Shown here piece after piece: positions 19,505-29,872 of a DNA stretch of 64,000 nt. Below the pieces are notes generated by a model. It had not been told where the DNA came from. It was given only the letters and a program-made list of their open reading frames with translations, and did not search any database. Positions within the stretch are counted from its first letter, which is position 1. The number at the start of each line of letters is the position of its first letter. This DNA comes from a candidate division FCPU426 bacterium (GTDB lineage Bacteria; Oederibacteriota; Muellerivitia; Muellerivitales; Muellerivitaceae), in contig CAWKAR010000022.1 of the NCBI GenBank assembly GCA_963847625.1, positions 23,012 through 87,011 of the forward strand, in the 5' to 3' direction. The translations under genes were made by a program, and so were the position numbers.

Positions 19505-21642
19505 GAGTTACCTCCCGCCGGGTTGCCCGACGACCGGGTAATCGGAAGGTTACAGTTGAGTTCGATGGCTGAGTCGACCTGGATTTTCCGTCCGGCCAAT
19601 GGAAATTGGGCCCGCACCACTCCAGCCCCCTTGAAATTTACGCGGACCCCGATGGGCGCCAATAGAGCGAGGGCCTGACGCTTGGTCTTTCCCCTCAGGT
19701 CCGGCATCAGACCCTGACCCTCACCCAGGGGTGTTTCCACACCGAGGGTCAACAGGATCTTGCGGGTGTCCGGATCCATCGGCGAAGGCGATCCAGGGGA
19801 AGGATTTTGTTGGAACACTTTTTCGCCTTTCCCAGTAAATCCCAATTTCAAGTTATCGCGATCCGCCAGCCAGCGGCATTGGACTTTCGTCAAACCCAGG
19901 AATGATGGAATGGTTTTTCCGGGAATGGAAGGCACGGCGGATACTTGGGTTATCACCGGTGGCACGAGGTCATAAGCTAGAACCCGCTTGGTGACTTCCT
20001 TAAAGACGGGACCTGCGGTGTAACCACCCCAGTAAAGGCCCCGGGGATCATCCAAAGAGATATAAATGACCAGTCTTGGGTTATCCGCCGGGACGAACCC
20101 AACGAAGGAGGAAACATAGTTGTATTTGGAGTAACGCCCATTCATGAACTTGTAGGCTGTTCCGGTCTTCCCGGCGATGGAATAACTGGGAATAGAAACT
20201 GCGGTCCCAGTTCCCTTTTCCACGACCCATTTCAACATTTCAGTCAGGCGCCGGGCGGTTTTGGCCGAGCAAACCCGCCGAATCCTCTGAGGCGAGAAAA
20301 CCTTGAGGGTCTTTCCATCGCGGGTTCGGAGTTCCTTGGCTAGGAATGGCTTCATCAGTACCCCGCCGTTAGCGATAGAAGCGTAGGCCGAAAGGATCTG
20401 GATGGGCGTGGCGGACACTTCGTATCCATAGGGAATGGTCGTCAAGGAGAGACCGCTCCACTTTGCCGGTTCCCGTAATAAGCCGAGCGCTTCTCCCGGC
20501 AGGTCGATGTGGGTGGCCTCGCCAAATCCGAGTCGCTTGGCATAGCGGTAGAGGTTTTCTTTCCCCAGCTTCGCCCCCACCTTCACCATGCCGATATTGC
20601 TTGAATAGCCAAATACTTCCCTGAAAGTAAGCCAACCGTGTTTTTCATGGTCCGTCACGACTCGGCCGTATTGGGTTTTATAAGCACCGTTTTCGCAAAA
20701 AAACCTGTCTTCCTCGTTGACTACACCCTCTTCCAATGCCCCCAGGGCTGTCACCAGCTTGAAAGTGCTGCCGGGCTCGAACTCATCGTTCACTACGCGG
20801 TTTTTCCAAAATTCCGGGGGGTAATTGCCGAAATGGTTCGGGTCGAAGGTAGGGTAATTGGACATGGCCAATATCTCACCCGTCCTCGGGTCCATGACGA
20901 CAGCCGAGGCAGCTTTGCAACGGTATTTTTCGAAGGCTTTCTGCAGTTCCACCTGGGTGATGTGCTGGATGGTCCTGTCCAGCGTGGTGACCAGGTCCAA
21001 GCCGTCCTTGCTGGCCTTGACCAGCTGGCTGTCAGCCGCCACTACGCGGCCGCGCGCGTCCCTTTCCGTGATCAGCAGGCCCTTTTGGCCGGAGAGGAAG
21101 CGGTCGAAGTATTTCTCTAGTCCGTTCAAGCCCTGGTTATCGAGCCCGGCGAAACCCAGTGCGTGGGACGCCATGTCATGGTCGGGATAAAACCGCCTTT
21201 GCTCGCGGGAAGCCTCGATGCCGTCCAATTTCAGGTTTTCCACAGCCTGGGATCTTTCGTAAGGCACCTGCCGCGCTAGCCAGACGAAGGACTTGTTCTC
21301 GGACAACTTGGAAAGAAGTTCCCCGTAGGACATTCCCAAAGCCCGGGCCAGAACCGACGCCGTGTAGGACTTGTCGTGGATTTGGTCGGGATGTCCTGCC
21401 ACGTTGTAGAGGTCGATATTCATCGCCAGTAGATCGTAATTGCGGTCCTCGATGAGACCGCGGGAAGGGCTGGTTTCCCTGGGTGAGAACTGTTGACGGT
21501 AAGCCATCTGGCGGAAGTCGGAGTGTTTGAGGATCTGGAGGTAAACTAAGCGGACTTCCAACGTCAGGGCGGCCACGATAACGAAAGCCTCCAACAGGAT
21601 GAGGCGGCTTTGGCTGAGGGCCGAGGGCCGTGAACCTTTCAT
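19501..21642 (-). CDS. ftsI: class B penicillin-binding protein FtsI with two C-terminal PASTA-like domains
   Basis: RGLIEDRN, EPGSTFK (SxxK), SSN, KTGT; PSFLGL and MPDLRG PASTA starts; ATGA overlap with ftsL. Confidence 0.96.
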   Translation of the reverse strand: MKGSRPSALSQSRLILLEAFVIVAALTLEVRLVYLQILKHSDFRQMAYRQQFSPRETSPSRGLIEDRNYDLLAMNIDLYNVAGHPDQIHDKSYTASVLARALGMSYGELLSKLSENKSFVWLARQVPYERSQAVENLKLDGIEASREQRRFYPDHDMASHALGFAGLDNQGLNGLEKYFDRFLSGQKGLLITERDARGRVVAADSQLVKASKDGLDLVTTLDRTIQHITQVELQKAFEKYRCKAASAVVMDPRTGEILAMSNYPTFDPNHFGNYPPEFWKNRVVNDEFEPGSTFKLVTALGALEEGVVNEEDRFFCENGAYKTQYGRVVTDHEKHGWLTFREVFGYSSNIGMVKVGAKLGKENLYRYAKRLGFGEATHIDLPGEALGLLREPAKWSGLSLTTIPYGYEVSATPIQILSAYASIANGGVLMKPFLAKELRTRDGKTLKVFSPQRIRRVCSAKTARRLTEMLKWVVEKGTGTAVSIPSYSIAGKTGTAYKFMNGRYSKYNYVSSFVGFVPADNPRLVIYISLDDPRGLYWGGYTAGPVFKEVTKRVLAYDLVPPVITQVSAVPSIPGKTIPSFLGLTKVQCRWLADRDNLKLGFTGKGEKVFQQNPSPGSPSPMDPDTRKILLTLGVETPLGEGQGLMPDLRGKTKRQALALLAPIGVRVNFKGAGVVRAQFPLAGRKIQVDSAIELNCNLPITRSSGNPAGGNS

Positions 21643-22079
21643 GGTTTCTCCGTATTCTTCATCTTGGTGGTCCATAAGGAAAGCCATCGGGGTATCAAAG
21701 GCGATCCCTCTTTCAGGATCACAATCTGGTCATTGGATGGGGTGACCATGCCCAGCTGTTCCCGCGCGATTTTTTCCACCCGAGGAAGGCTGTTCACGTC
21801 GTACATCTGGTACTTGAGGTAATAGTATTGGTTGACGAGTTGCTGTTTCTGGACCCTGAGCGCCTGCACCTCGTAGCCAAGCTTGACTACCTGCATGTGC
21901 AGCCAAACGTATAGAAAGAGGAAAAGGCTCAGAAAAAGCACACCCCAGAGGGTTCCCCTGAAGTCGCGCCGGTGCACGGCCTTGGCTAGGTTTCCTCGCC
22001 AGAAAAAGCCGGCGTCCAAAGCGCGGTTGGCGGTGTCGAAAAACTGGTCCTTAATGGAATCGACTTGGTATCCGTTCAC
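21639..22079 (-). CDS. ftsL: cell division protein FtsL
   Basis: TM + coiled coil + RVEKIAREQLGMVTP; between rsmH and ftsI. Confidence 0.88.
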   Translation of the reverse strand: MNGYQVDSIKDQFFDTANRALDAGFFWRGNLAKAVHRRDFRGTLWGVLFLSLFLFLYVWLHMQVVKLGYEVQALRVQKQQLVNQYYYLKYQMYDVNSLPRVEKIAREQLGMVTPSNDQIVILKEGSPLIPRWLSLWTTKMKNTEKP

Positions 22080-23038
22080 GAGGCCGTCTCCACTCGCAAT
22101 TTTTCCGCAACCCTCAGTTTGGCGCTACGAGCCCTCGGGTTTTGCGCTAGTTCCGCTTCCGAGGCCATGACTGGTTTTTTAGTCAGGATCCGCAGGTTCG
22201 CCTTGTGCCCACAGACGCATTGGGGCAGATCGGGCGGGCAAAGGCAGTCGGTGCTTTCGGTCTTGAAGAATTCCTTGACAATCCGGTCTTCAAGGGAATG
22301 GAAGGTAATGACGGCGATCCGCCCGCTTTGAGCGAGAACCTTCAGGGCGGCCTGGAGCCCCTGGGAAAGAGCTTCCAGTTCCTTGTTCACTTCGATTCGG
22401 AGGGCTTGGAAAAGACGCGTAGCGGGATGGTGTCGAAGTTTCCTCCCTTTTTTAAAGGTTTTCCCGCAAACACGTTTGGCCAATTGGGCGAGTTCAAGAG
22501 TCGTTTCGAAACCCTTTTGGTTACGGGCCTGTACGATGGCGCGGGCCAGGGCGCGGGCCTTGGGTTCCTCTCCGTATTCATAGATGATTTTGGAAAGCTT
22601 TCCTTCGGGATAGTTGTTGACGATCCAGGCGGCTGTGCGGCCGGCGGCCTGGTCCATACGCATGTCCAGCGGGCCGTCCTGAAGGAAGGAAAAACCGCGT
22701 TCGGCGGCGTCAAGTTGTAAGGAGGAAACCCCTATATCCATCAACACGCTGTTAACCTCGCTGATTGAAAGGTCTTTCAGCACCCACAGGAGGTCGGCGA
22801 AGTTAGCCTTGAAAAGAGAGACCCTTGGGTCTTTCTTGAGTGCTAGGCCAGCGTGTTGTAGGGCATCGACATCCTGGTCAATCCCAACCAAGCGGCCCTT
22901 TGGCAGGTGTTTCAAAAGCTCCTGCGAATGACCGCCCATCCCGACCGTCAAATCCAAGACCACCCCGTCGGGAGGGGGCGACAGCCATTCCACCGCCTCT
23001 TTTATAAGAACTGGTTGGTGGACGTTTTCAGGGTTCAA
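22076..23038 (-). CDS. rsmH: 16S rRNA m4C1402 methyltransferase RsmH
   Basis: HQPVL, DLTVGMGGHS, DIGVSSLQLD, RGFSF, PLDMRMD, FHSLEDRIVK, NPRARSAKLR; TTG start 23038. Confidence 0.98.
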   Translation of the reverse strand: MNPENVHQPVLIKEAVEWLSPPPDGVVLDLTVGMGGHSQELLKHLPKGRLVGIDQDVDALQHAGLALKKDPRVSLFKANFADLLWVLKDLSISEVNSVLMDIGVSSLQLDAAERGFSFLQDGPLDMRMDQAAGRTAAWIVNNYPEGKLSKIIYEYGEEPKARALARAIVQARNQKGFETTLELAQLAKRVCGKTFKKGRKLRHHPATRLFQALRIEVNKELEALSQGLQAALKVLAQSGRIAVITFHSLEDRIVKEFFKTESTDCLCPPDLPQCVCGHKANLRILTKKPVMASEAELAQNPRARSAKLRVAEKLRVETAS

Positions 23039-23366
23039 AGCGGGCGAGGGCTTCTTCCTCGCTCGATACCACATCGAAGTAGGAAAAAGCTCCCACGAGC
23101 TTGAATAGGTTCACCACGTAAGGGATCAAGCCGGCCAGCTTGATCTCCCCTCCTATGGATCTGAACCTCATATTTTTTTCGGACAAAAGAGATATCCCGT
23201 CCAGGGAGACGTGGGAGACATTCTTGAAATTCAAAACAACCTTGTTCTGGTTTTTCAACACCATGTCGGTAAGCAAGTTCAAGACCGATTCCATGTCCCT
23301 TTTTCTGATATAGCCGGATAAGCGGATGACGGAGGCGGTTTCGGTCGGAGTCAGTGTGGCGTTCAT
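23028..23366 (-). CDS. STAS-domain (anti-sigma factor antagonist-like) protein
   Basis: IRLSGYI, VVLNFKNVSHV, GEIKLAGL...LFKLVG, EEEAL STAS pattern; coupled to both neighbours. Confidence 0.85.
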   Translation of the reverse strand: MNATLTPTETASVIRLSGYIRKRDMESVLNLLTDMVLKNQNKVVLNFKNVSHVSLDGISLLSEKNMRFRSIGGEIKLAGLIPYVVNLFKLVGAFSYFDVVSSEEEALARFEP

Positions 23367-23731
23367 CAGTCCTCCTGTGCCGGCGCGTAAACCGGCATAC
23401 GTCCAGTTTTCACCATCATTTCTTTGACGTCTAAATAAATTTCAAACGCCTTTTCGACTCCCATGGACCGGAATAAGTGCATGAGGCGACTGGAAAGGCC
23501 TACGATTTTCAGGTCTCCTTTCCGGAATCGTATCTGGCCCCAATGGTTCAACAAGGCCCCCAAAACATTGGCGTTCATGAAAGAAACCCGGCTCAAGTCC
23601 AAAACCATGTGCCGGTAGCCTTTTTTGATCATGTTATCCATGGCTTCCCCGAGTTCCTGGATATCTAATTCACTTAGGTCCCCTTCAAGGGTAATCAGCG
23701 AAAATTTTTCTTTTATTTCAATGCCCACCAT
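23366..23731 (-). CDS. STAS-domain (anti-sigma factor antagonist-like) protein
   Basis: ITLEGDL, MVLDLSRVSFM, GDLKIVGL...LFRSMG..AFEIY; SD AAGGAG. Confidence 0.87.
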   Translation of the reverse strand: MVGIEIKEKFSLITLEGDLSELDIQELGEAMDNMIKKGYRHMVLDLSRVSFMNANVLGALLNHWGQIRFRKGDLKIVGLSSRLMHLFRSMGVEKAFEIYLDVKEMMVKTGRMPVYAPAQED

Positions 23732-23748
23732 CGGGTTACTCCTTTTCT

Positions 23749-24207
23749 TTACAATGGAATCGACTGGATACCCTTATCCGAAAGTTTCTGTCCCAACAGC
23801 TCGAGCGATTGCGATGTCTGGGCGTGGTAGTTTTCGTATTTAGCCTTGTCCCAAATCTCGATGCGGTGGAGCATTCCCACGATCACCACGCTCTTACTGA
23901 TGCCCGCCTCCTTGCGCAAGACCGGTGAGATCATGATGCGTCCCTGCTGGTCGATCTCCACTTCGTCGAAGGCTTTCAGAATCGCGCGTTGGAATTGCCT
24001 TTCCTCCGGGCTCAATGAGTTCAAAGAGGAGAGCTTCTCTTCGATTTTTTTCCATGCGTCCATGGGGTAAAGGAACAGGCACTGGTCGAATCCCAGGTTG
24101 AGGATCATGGGCGTTTCATGCTCGGAGCGGATTTGTTCCCGAAACCGGGCTGGAATGCTCATCCGGCCCTTGTCGTCCACTGTGTTGTAGAAAATTCCTC
24201 TGAACAC
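23749..24207 (-). CDS. mraZ: dcw transcriptional repressor MraZ
   Basis: FRG, DDKGRMSIPARFR, DQQGRI, IEIWD; GTG start after GGAG (alternative TTG 24219). Confidence 0.97.
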   Translation of the reverse strand: MFRGIFYNTVDDKGRMSIPARFREQIRSEHETPMILNLGFDQCLFLYPMDAWKKIEEKLSSLNSLSPEERQFQRAILKAFDEVEIDQQGRIMISPVLRKEAGISKSVVIVGMLHRIEIWDKAKYENYHAQTSQSLELLGQKLSDKGIQSIPL

Positions 24208-24248
24208 AAATTTCTCCAAACCGTAAAAAATAAAGGTTTTTCGGGGCC

Positions 24249-24274
24249 TCCCACTTTATCCCACCGCTCCCCAT
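24249..24274 (-). promoter_or_regulatory. MraZ-binding direct repeats
   Basis: ATGGGG, GTGGGA, GTGGGA at 10-bp spacing upstream of mraZ, matching known TGGG(A/G) MraZ boxes. Confidence 0.85.
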
Positions 24275-24282
24275 TTCGCGCC

Positions 24283-24311
24283 ATTATTAGGGTAAACAAT
24301 GACCTAGTCAA
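24283..24311 (-). promoter_or_regulatory. sigma70-type dcw promoter
   Basis: TTGACT-17nt-AATAAT immediately upstream of the MraZ boxes. Confidence 0.65.
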
Positions 24312-24574
24312 GGTTTTTTTATTGAAAATAAAGGAATTCCTCGCTCATAAGCAGGCAGGGCAAGGGTAATTTCTAATGATTTATTGATATTTATTGTTGA
24401 AACGGCCTATTTAGGATTTCTTCCAATGTTGATAAGAATGGGGGGAATATTGGAATTCCGGTGGGATTATCAAATTTTATGATGAATTAATCCGGCTTCC
24501 CATCTCAAGAAATGTTCAGCAACACCATCCCGAATCATGACGGATTACTTTTAGTCTGAAAGTGTAACGGTAAT

Positions 24575-26698
24575 TTAATTGTTATACCCATGTGGCTTCA
24601 AATCTCGGGTTTTAAGATTTGCATGAACAGATAGTATTCGGGCTATTTGCAGAGCCCTTTTTGATTCCTCACTTCGGCCCATGGCTTGTAAACAAATCCC
24701 TTTGCCGTAATACAAATGGGCAAAGGAGTAACCTTGTTGGATGGCTTGATGGTAGGCATCGACGGCTGCCGCATAATCCCCGCCCCAAAATTTAAAACAA
24801 GCGAATTTTTCCCAATAAACCGCAGTGAGGAATCGGTCATCCTTCGCGATATCCTTCAATGGATCCAAGCGTTCCGAATAAATCCTCCAGGAATCCAGGG
24901 GGTTCTTGTTTTTTATCTCCAGGTTGATCTGGCGATGGATGCGGTCGGACCGAATCCAACGGTTTAGGAGCGTAGGTGTCATCTGGGAAACGGGAATCAA
25001 GAAAATCCCAAAAGGGGGAGGATCGTTTGGTGAGGTTTTATCGGTCTTTAAGACTTCGAATTTCATCCCCGGGAAACATGCACCCAAATAAGGGGCGTAT
25101 TGGGCATTGAGAATCAGGACCGCCCACTGGGGTGTCTCTCCGTAAAGAGAAGGGTTTTGGAGAACATCAAAAGGATAACTGGCGATATCTAGCGTCTTAT
25201 TGTCGTAATCGGGGTTGAATTCAGAAAAAATATAAAGAGGTCCTGATTCCTTTTGAAGTTTGTTGATGATTTGATAGGCACTATAGTATTGCACACTACG
25301 CCATTGCCGTACGGATAGAACCCTCGTGATGTCGCAATAGGGCCCAGTGAAATTGTAGAAGTTTAGAGAAAGGGAAACAAGAACCAGTCCTCCTAACCCA
25401 AACCATATTTTTTTTCCAGACAATCGAGAAAGAAGACATTGAGCGCCGAATCCGGCCAATAACATCCAGAGGGGCAGTGAAGGCGTCACCCGGTGCAATT
25501 CCAGACCGCTGGTGGTGATTCCGGGTAGCATGGAAACAAAAAGCACTAGGCTTAGGAATCCAAGCAATGCATTGCCGATTTTTTCAAAAGCATGGACCGT
25601 CCCGATCATAATTAAGGAGCCGGTCACAGGATCGAACATTCCCCCGAAATTGGGTGCAAAAGGAAAACTGTTTTTACTGTTCCAAAAAAGTCCGATAATA
25701 TAGGTGAAATAGGATTGGATTGAAAAAAAGCCAATCCAAATGTTTCGGAGATATGTCAACCCACCTAGCTGAAGGCGGGCTATAAGCAGGGGTAAAATGA
25801 GGACCAGCTCTACAAGTTGAAAAAAACCAAAAAACATCTTACCCTTTTTACCGTTTTTCAAAGCGTAGATACCCAGGGCGAGAGTGATGAAAAACCAAAC
25901 AGCCACCCAATTCACATAGGAATAAAATCCAAAAGCATTGCTCACGCATAGGCCCAACAACCATCGCCACCGGGCAGCTTCGCTCCTAGCCCTCAGAAAC
26001 CCGCCCAATAAACCCAGGGATAATAGATGAAAAATTGGGATTAGGTCTTCTGGCGTGCAGAAACGCATGAGCGAGAATTCCCAAAAGGAAAAAGTGATGA
26101 AGCAAAGAAAAATAAAAGAGAAGTAAGGGGAAGAAAATCGTCGAATGGACCAGAAAGCGAGAAAAGCCGTCACGATGGAAAGCAGGGTAGGATAAAGCCT
26201 TAGGGCGAAAAGGGAAGGTTTTACGAAACGGAAAAAAAACCCCATGGACCATATCAATAGAGGTTCGTTCTTTCCTGAAGTCCACAACAGATTCCAGTGC
26301 CATTTTTTCATGAGGCCCATGGCTAGTATTGAAAAAATACCTTCATCACATAAAGGCCAGGAGGGAATGCCCGTAAGCTGGTAAAAACGAGTGAAAAAAA
26401 GAAAGAAGCCAAAAAGAAACCACAACCATAGAGGCGGAGATGGACCAGGAACATCTATGGAAAAGGAGTCATGGGAAAAGGTTGTAGAAGAGGAGCTTTT
26501 CAATCGTTTTTCCAGGACAGTCCAAAGGGCCGCGAGGAAAGGAAGCATTACGCCTAGTATACCAATCCAGAGTTTGGCCTGCAGAGGCAGTGTTGTGTAG
26601 GAAAGAAGAAATCCGGAGACTAGGAAGATCCCGAAATAAATAGGCGCATGGAATGGAATTTGAAGTCTTAGGCCCGAAAGAATTTCCTTTTTATTCAT
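24575..26698 (-). CDS. GT-C (ArnT/PMT-like) membrane glycosyltransferase with C-terminal TPR
   Basis: Multi-TM; TRFYQL...DEG motif; LFALRL; C-terminal TPR-like helices. Confidence 0.72.
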   Translation of the reverse strand: MNKKEILSGLRLQIPFHAPIYFGIFLVSGFLLSYTTLPLQAKLWIGILGVMLPFLAALWTVLEKRLKSSSSTTFSHDSFSIDVPGPSPPLWLWFLFGFFLFFTRFYQLTGIPSWPLCDEGIFSILAMGLMKKWHWNLLWTSGKNEPLLIWSMGFFFRFVKPSLFALRLYPTLLSIVTAFLAFWSIRRFSSPYFSFIFLCFITFSFWEFSLMRFCTPEDLIPIFHLLSLGLLGGFLRARSEAARWRWLLGLCVSNAFGFYSYVNWVAVWFFITLALGIYALKNGKKGKMFFGFFQLVELVLILPLLIARLQLGGLTYLRNIWIGFFSIQSYFTYIIGLFWNSKNSFPFAPNFGGMFDPVTGSLIMIGTVHAFEKIGNALLGFLSLVLFVSMLPGITTSGLELHRVTPSLPLWMLLAGFGAQCLLSRLSGKKIWFGLGGLVLVSLSLNFYNFTGPYCDITRVLSVRQWRSVQYYSAYQIINKLQKESGPLYIFSEFNPDYDNKTLDIASYPFDVLQNPSLYGETPQWAVLILNAQYAPYLGACFPGMKFEVLKTDKTSPNDPPPFGIFLIPVSQMTPTLLNRWIRSDRIHRQINLEIKNKNPLDSWRIYSERLDPLKDIAKDDRFLTAVYWEKFACFKFWGGDYAAAVDAYHQAIQQGYSFAHLYYGKGICLQAMGRSEESKRALQIARILSVHANLKTRDLKPHGYNN

Positions 26699-26918
26699 TG
26701 AGCCTCCGCCAAACTAATAAGTTCTTATTATTTTATTACTATTCCAGCAGTTAATGGAACCTAAAGAGATCTTGCTTTTTATTTTTGAATTTCGAATTAG
26801 CAAGTATTGTATGTTGAACCCCATAAAATATTTCTTGCGAAAGGTCACATTATTTAAATGGAAGCCTAGCTGGAATGGTTTGCCAATCAGAGTAATATAA
26901 AACTTTTTCGAAAAAAAC

Positions 26919-28409
26919 TTAGTTCTGGGTTAGGACCTGCCCCACGGCCCAAATCCAACCGGCCCATAATTTCTTTCGCACTGCTTCCTTCATCCTCGGT
27001 CGGTACAATTTGTCCACCTTGCGGATTTTCTGGATTTCAGCGCTGTCCTTCCAGAATCCGACTTGCAAGCCCGCCAGGAATGCCGCGCCCATGGCGGTAG
27101 TCTCCACCACTTTCGGCCGGTTGATCTTGACATTCAGAATGTCGGCCTGGAATTGCATCAACAGGTTGTTCTTGCAGGCACCCCCGTCCACCCGCAACTC
27201 TTTCATCTTGAATTTTGAATCCTTCAGCATCGCATCCGCGACATCACGGCTTTGGTAAGCCAAGGATTCCAACGCGGCCCTTATCACATGTTCCCTTTTA
27301 GTTCCCCGTGTTATCCCAACAAGACCGCCGCGTGCTTTGGCATCCCAATAAGGCGCTCCCAATCCCACGAAAGCCGGCACCAGGTAAACCCCCCCGGTAT
27401 CCGGTACTTTTCTGGCGGCCGCTTCTGATTCAGGTGAAGATTTAATCAATTGAAGTCCATCTCTAACCCATTGAATGGCCGCTCCCCCGATGAAAACCGA
27501 CCCTTCCAAGGCGTAAACCGGTTGCCCCCTTCCATCGCAGGCAAGTGTAGTCAATAACTTGTTTTTTGAACTGAAATGACGCTTGCCGAGGTTTAAAAGA
27601 AGGAAGCATCCGGTTCCATAGGTATTCTTCAGGGTTCCAGGCTCGTGGCACCCCTGTCCAAACAGGGCCGCCTGCTGGTCGCCCGCGATTCCCGTAATGG
27701 GAACGCCGGCTCCCAAATAACTTTTCCGGGAAGTTTTTCCGAAGAGGCTTGCGGAAGCCTGAACCTTCGGAAGCAATGAGGAATGGATATGCAGGAACTT
27801 CAGGAGTTGGGAATCCCACTTTTTAGTCTTGATGTTGAAAATTAAGGTCCGGGAAGCATTGGAAAAATCCGTGGCATGGGAACTGCCTCCTGTCAGGTTC
27901 CATAAAACCCAACTATCGATGGTGCCGAAAGCCAGTTGGCCCTTGGCCGCCCGCCGGGCGACACCCGGCACGTTTTTCAAGAGCCATTCCACCTTGGTGC
28001 CGGAAAAATAAGCGTCGATCACCAAACCTGTTTTGCTTCGAAACAACTTTTCTTTTCCCTGAGCCTTCAACTGGTCGCACCGGGGAGCCGTCCTGCGGCA
28101 TTGCCAGACGATGGCCTTGTGAATGGGTTTTCCCGTTTGGCGGTCCCATAGGACCGTGGTTTCCCGTTGGTTGGTGATTCCGATTCCAGCGATTTGAGAA
28201 GGTTTTACTCCTGCGGTTTTTAATGCCTTTTTTCCTGTCTCCTCGACGGTTGCCCAGATCTCATTCGCGTCATGTTCCACCCAGCCCGGTTTTGGAAAAT
28301 ATTGAGTGAATTCCCGATAAGCGCTCCCCACGACTTTGCCCGAATGGTCGAAAAGATAAGACCTGGTTCCAGTCGTACCCTGGTCGATTGCAAGAATCAA
28401 TTTTTCCAT
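26919..28409 (-). CDS. glpK: glycerol kinase
   Basis: AIDQGTTGTR, GITNQRET, DAYFSGTK, AGDQQAALFGQ, KNTYGTG, LGAPYWD. Confidence 0.98.
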   Translation of the reverse strand: MEKLILAIDQGTTGTRSYLFDHSGKVVGSAYREFTQYFPKPGWVEHDANEIWATVEETGKKALKTAGVKPSQIAGIGITNQRETTVLWDRQTGKPIHKAIVWQCRRTAPRCDQLKAQGKEKLFRSKTGLVIDAYFSGTKVEWLLKNVPGVARRAAKGQLAFGTIDSWVLWNLTGGSSHATDFSNASRTLIFNIKTKKWDSQLLKFLHIHSSLLPKVQASASLFGKTSRKSYLGAGVPITGIAGDQQAALFGQGCHEPGTLKNTYGTGCFLLLNLGKRHFSSKNKLLTTLACDGRGQPVYALEGSVFIGGAAIQWVRDGLQLIKSSPESEAAARKVPDTGGVYLVPAFVGLGAPYWDAKARGGLVGITRGTKREHVIRAALESLAYQSRDVADAMLKDSKFKMKELRVDGGACKNNLLMQFQADILNVKINRPKVVETTAMGAAFLAGLQVGFWKDSAEIQKIRKVDKLYRPRMKEAVRKKLWAGWIWAVGQVLTQN

Positions 28410-29872
28410 AAACCGCTCCCTGCCTGGACTTCGCTTGCTTCCAGTTCCCGGTTAACGATAAGCATTAAATCCTCGCCGCTTTTTACAGGATACCACTTCT
28501 TGACACCCACTTGGATTTCCGGCAGGTCCTTCCGGTGGGCCAGACACAGTACCGTATCGCGGTTTTGAAAAACCCTTTCCAGGTCCTCCACTTTTTGGAA
28601 CAGGGGTTCGGCCGCGTGGTCAGAGAAAAACAAGAGAGCGTTGTTAAGCCCGTAAAATTCCTCATGCAAGGCTACGATCTTGGCCCCCCTGTCCCCGAAA
28701 TATTTCACGTATGGCGCCAGGACGCGCGTATCCTTTTCCCGATCCTTGTCCAAACGGAACGGCAGAGCAGGCAATAAAACCGCGATGGACACCCCGGCAG
28801 TTAGGAGAATTTTTGCTGTAGTGAAACGCCACTTGGAAGTGGAAATAATCCGATCAGCTGCGTAACCCGACAGGAGGGCCAAGGCCGGGAAGCAAGGCAT
28901 GAAGTACCAAATAACCCTGGCTTTCAGCAGGCTGATGATGATGAAAATGAGACTGAACCAAATTAAAACGAAAAGGTTGTTCTCGTTTTTCCTGAGTTTG
29001 GTACGCGCCATCCATACCCCCCCTAAAACCGACAGGGGCAACCAAGGCCAATAATAGGTCGTTAAATCCAATAAAAAGCCCAGGTGGCGGTATAACGGCT
29101 CGGGATTTCCTTGGAACCCCCGTTGGAATATCAACCAGCTGAAATGAACTTCGATAAAATTCTGGCCGAAGGAAAGATATTCAACCGCATACCAACTGCA
29201 TCCCACGAAAAGTGAAATCGCCAAGCCAGAGAAAAAAAACGGATTAAGAGCTTTTTTCCATTGGGAAGTAGACAAGAGAAAGGCTCCGGAAATGGCCAGC
29301 GGAAACAAACCCAAAACACTTTTAACCAACATCGCCAACCCGATACAAAATCCCCACAATAGAAAGAACCGGCGGTCCTTCCGAAGGGCCAGAAGAAACA
29401 AGAAAAGGGCTGAAACCACGAAGAAAGTAAGGGTTACATCGACCATCGCGTGACGGGAATATTTAAGGAAAGGATAAGTGGTGGCCAGGATAAAACCCGC
29501 GTATAAGCCGACTCGTCGGTGGAAAAGATATTTTCCCAGGTGATAGACCAACATGACGTTTAAAAAACCCATGAGGGCTGATGGAAACTTCGCGGCGAAT
29601 ACACCGATTCCGAAAATTTTGTAAGAAAGGGCGGCCAACCACATGTAAAAGGGGGGATTTTCAAAGGCGGGGTGATGGTTATAAGTCAGCGTCCACCACT
29701 TGTGGTTTTGAAGAATTTCCTTGGCTTTTTCTGCATAAAAGCAGTCGTCGAAATTGGCCATGCCGTTTAGGCCAAGTTTGGAGAAATAGATAGACAGCGT
29801 AAAAAGGGCCAGAACTCCTAGTTGGATTCTTTCGCTTAATGCCAGGTCATCCAGGTCCTGACGCTGGGCCAT
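28397..29872 (-). CDS. ArnT-like glycosyltransferase (GT83/GT39)
   Basis: DDCFYAEKAKE, ENPPFYMW, AAKFPSAL, LVKS, WYFMPCFPALAL. Confidence 0.88.
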   Translation of the reverse strand: MAQRQDLDDLALSERIQLGVLALFTLSIYFSKLGLNGMANFDDCFYAEKAKEILQNHKWWTLTYNHHPAFENPPFYMWLAALSYKIFGIGVFAAKFPSALMGFLNVMLVYHLGKYLFHRRVGLYAGFILATTYPFLKYSRHAMVDVTLTFFVVSALFLFLLALRKDRRFFLLWGFCIGLAMLVKSVLGLFPLAISGAFLLSTSQWKKALNPFFFSGLAISLFVGCSWYAVEYLSFGQNFIEVHFSWLIFQRGFQGNPEPLYRHLGFLLDLTTYYWPWLPLSVLGGVWMARTKLRKNENNLFVLIWFSLIFIIISLLKARVIWYFMPCFPALALLSGYAADRIISTSKWRFTTAKILLTAGVSIAVLLPALPFRLDKDREKDTRVLAPYVKYFGDRGAKIVALHEEFYGLNNALLFFSDHAAEPLFQKVEDLERVFQNRDTVLCLAHRKDLPEIQVGVKKWYPVKSGEDLMLIVNRELEASEVQAGSGLWKN

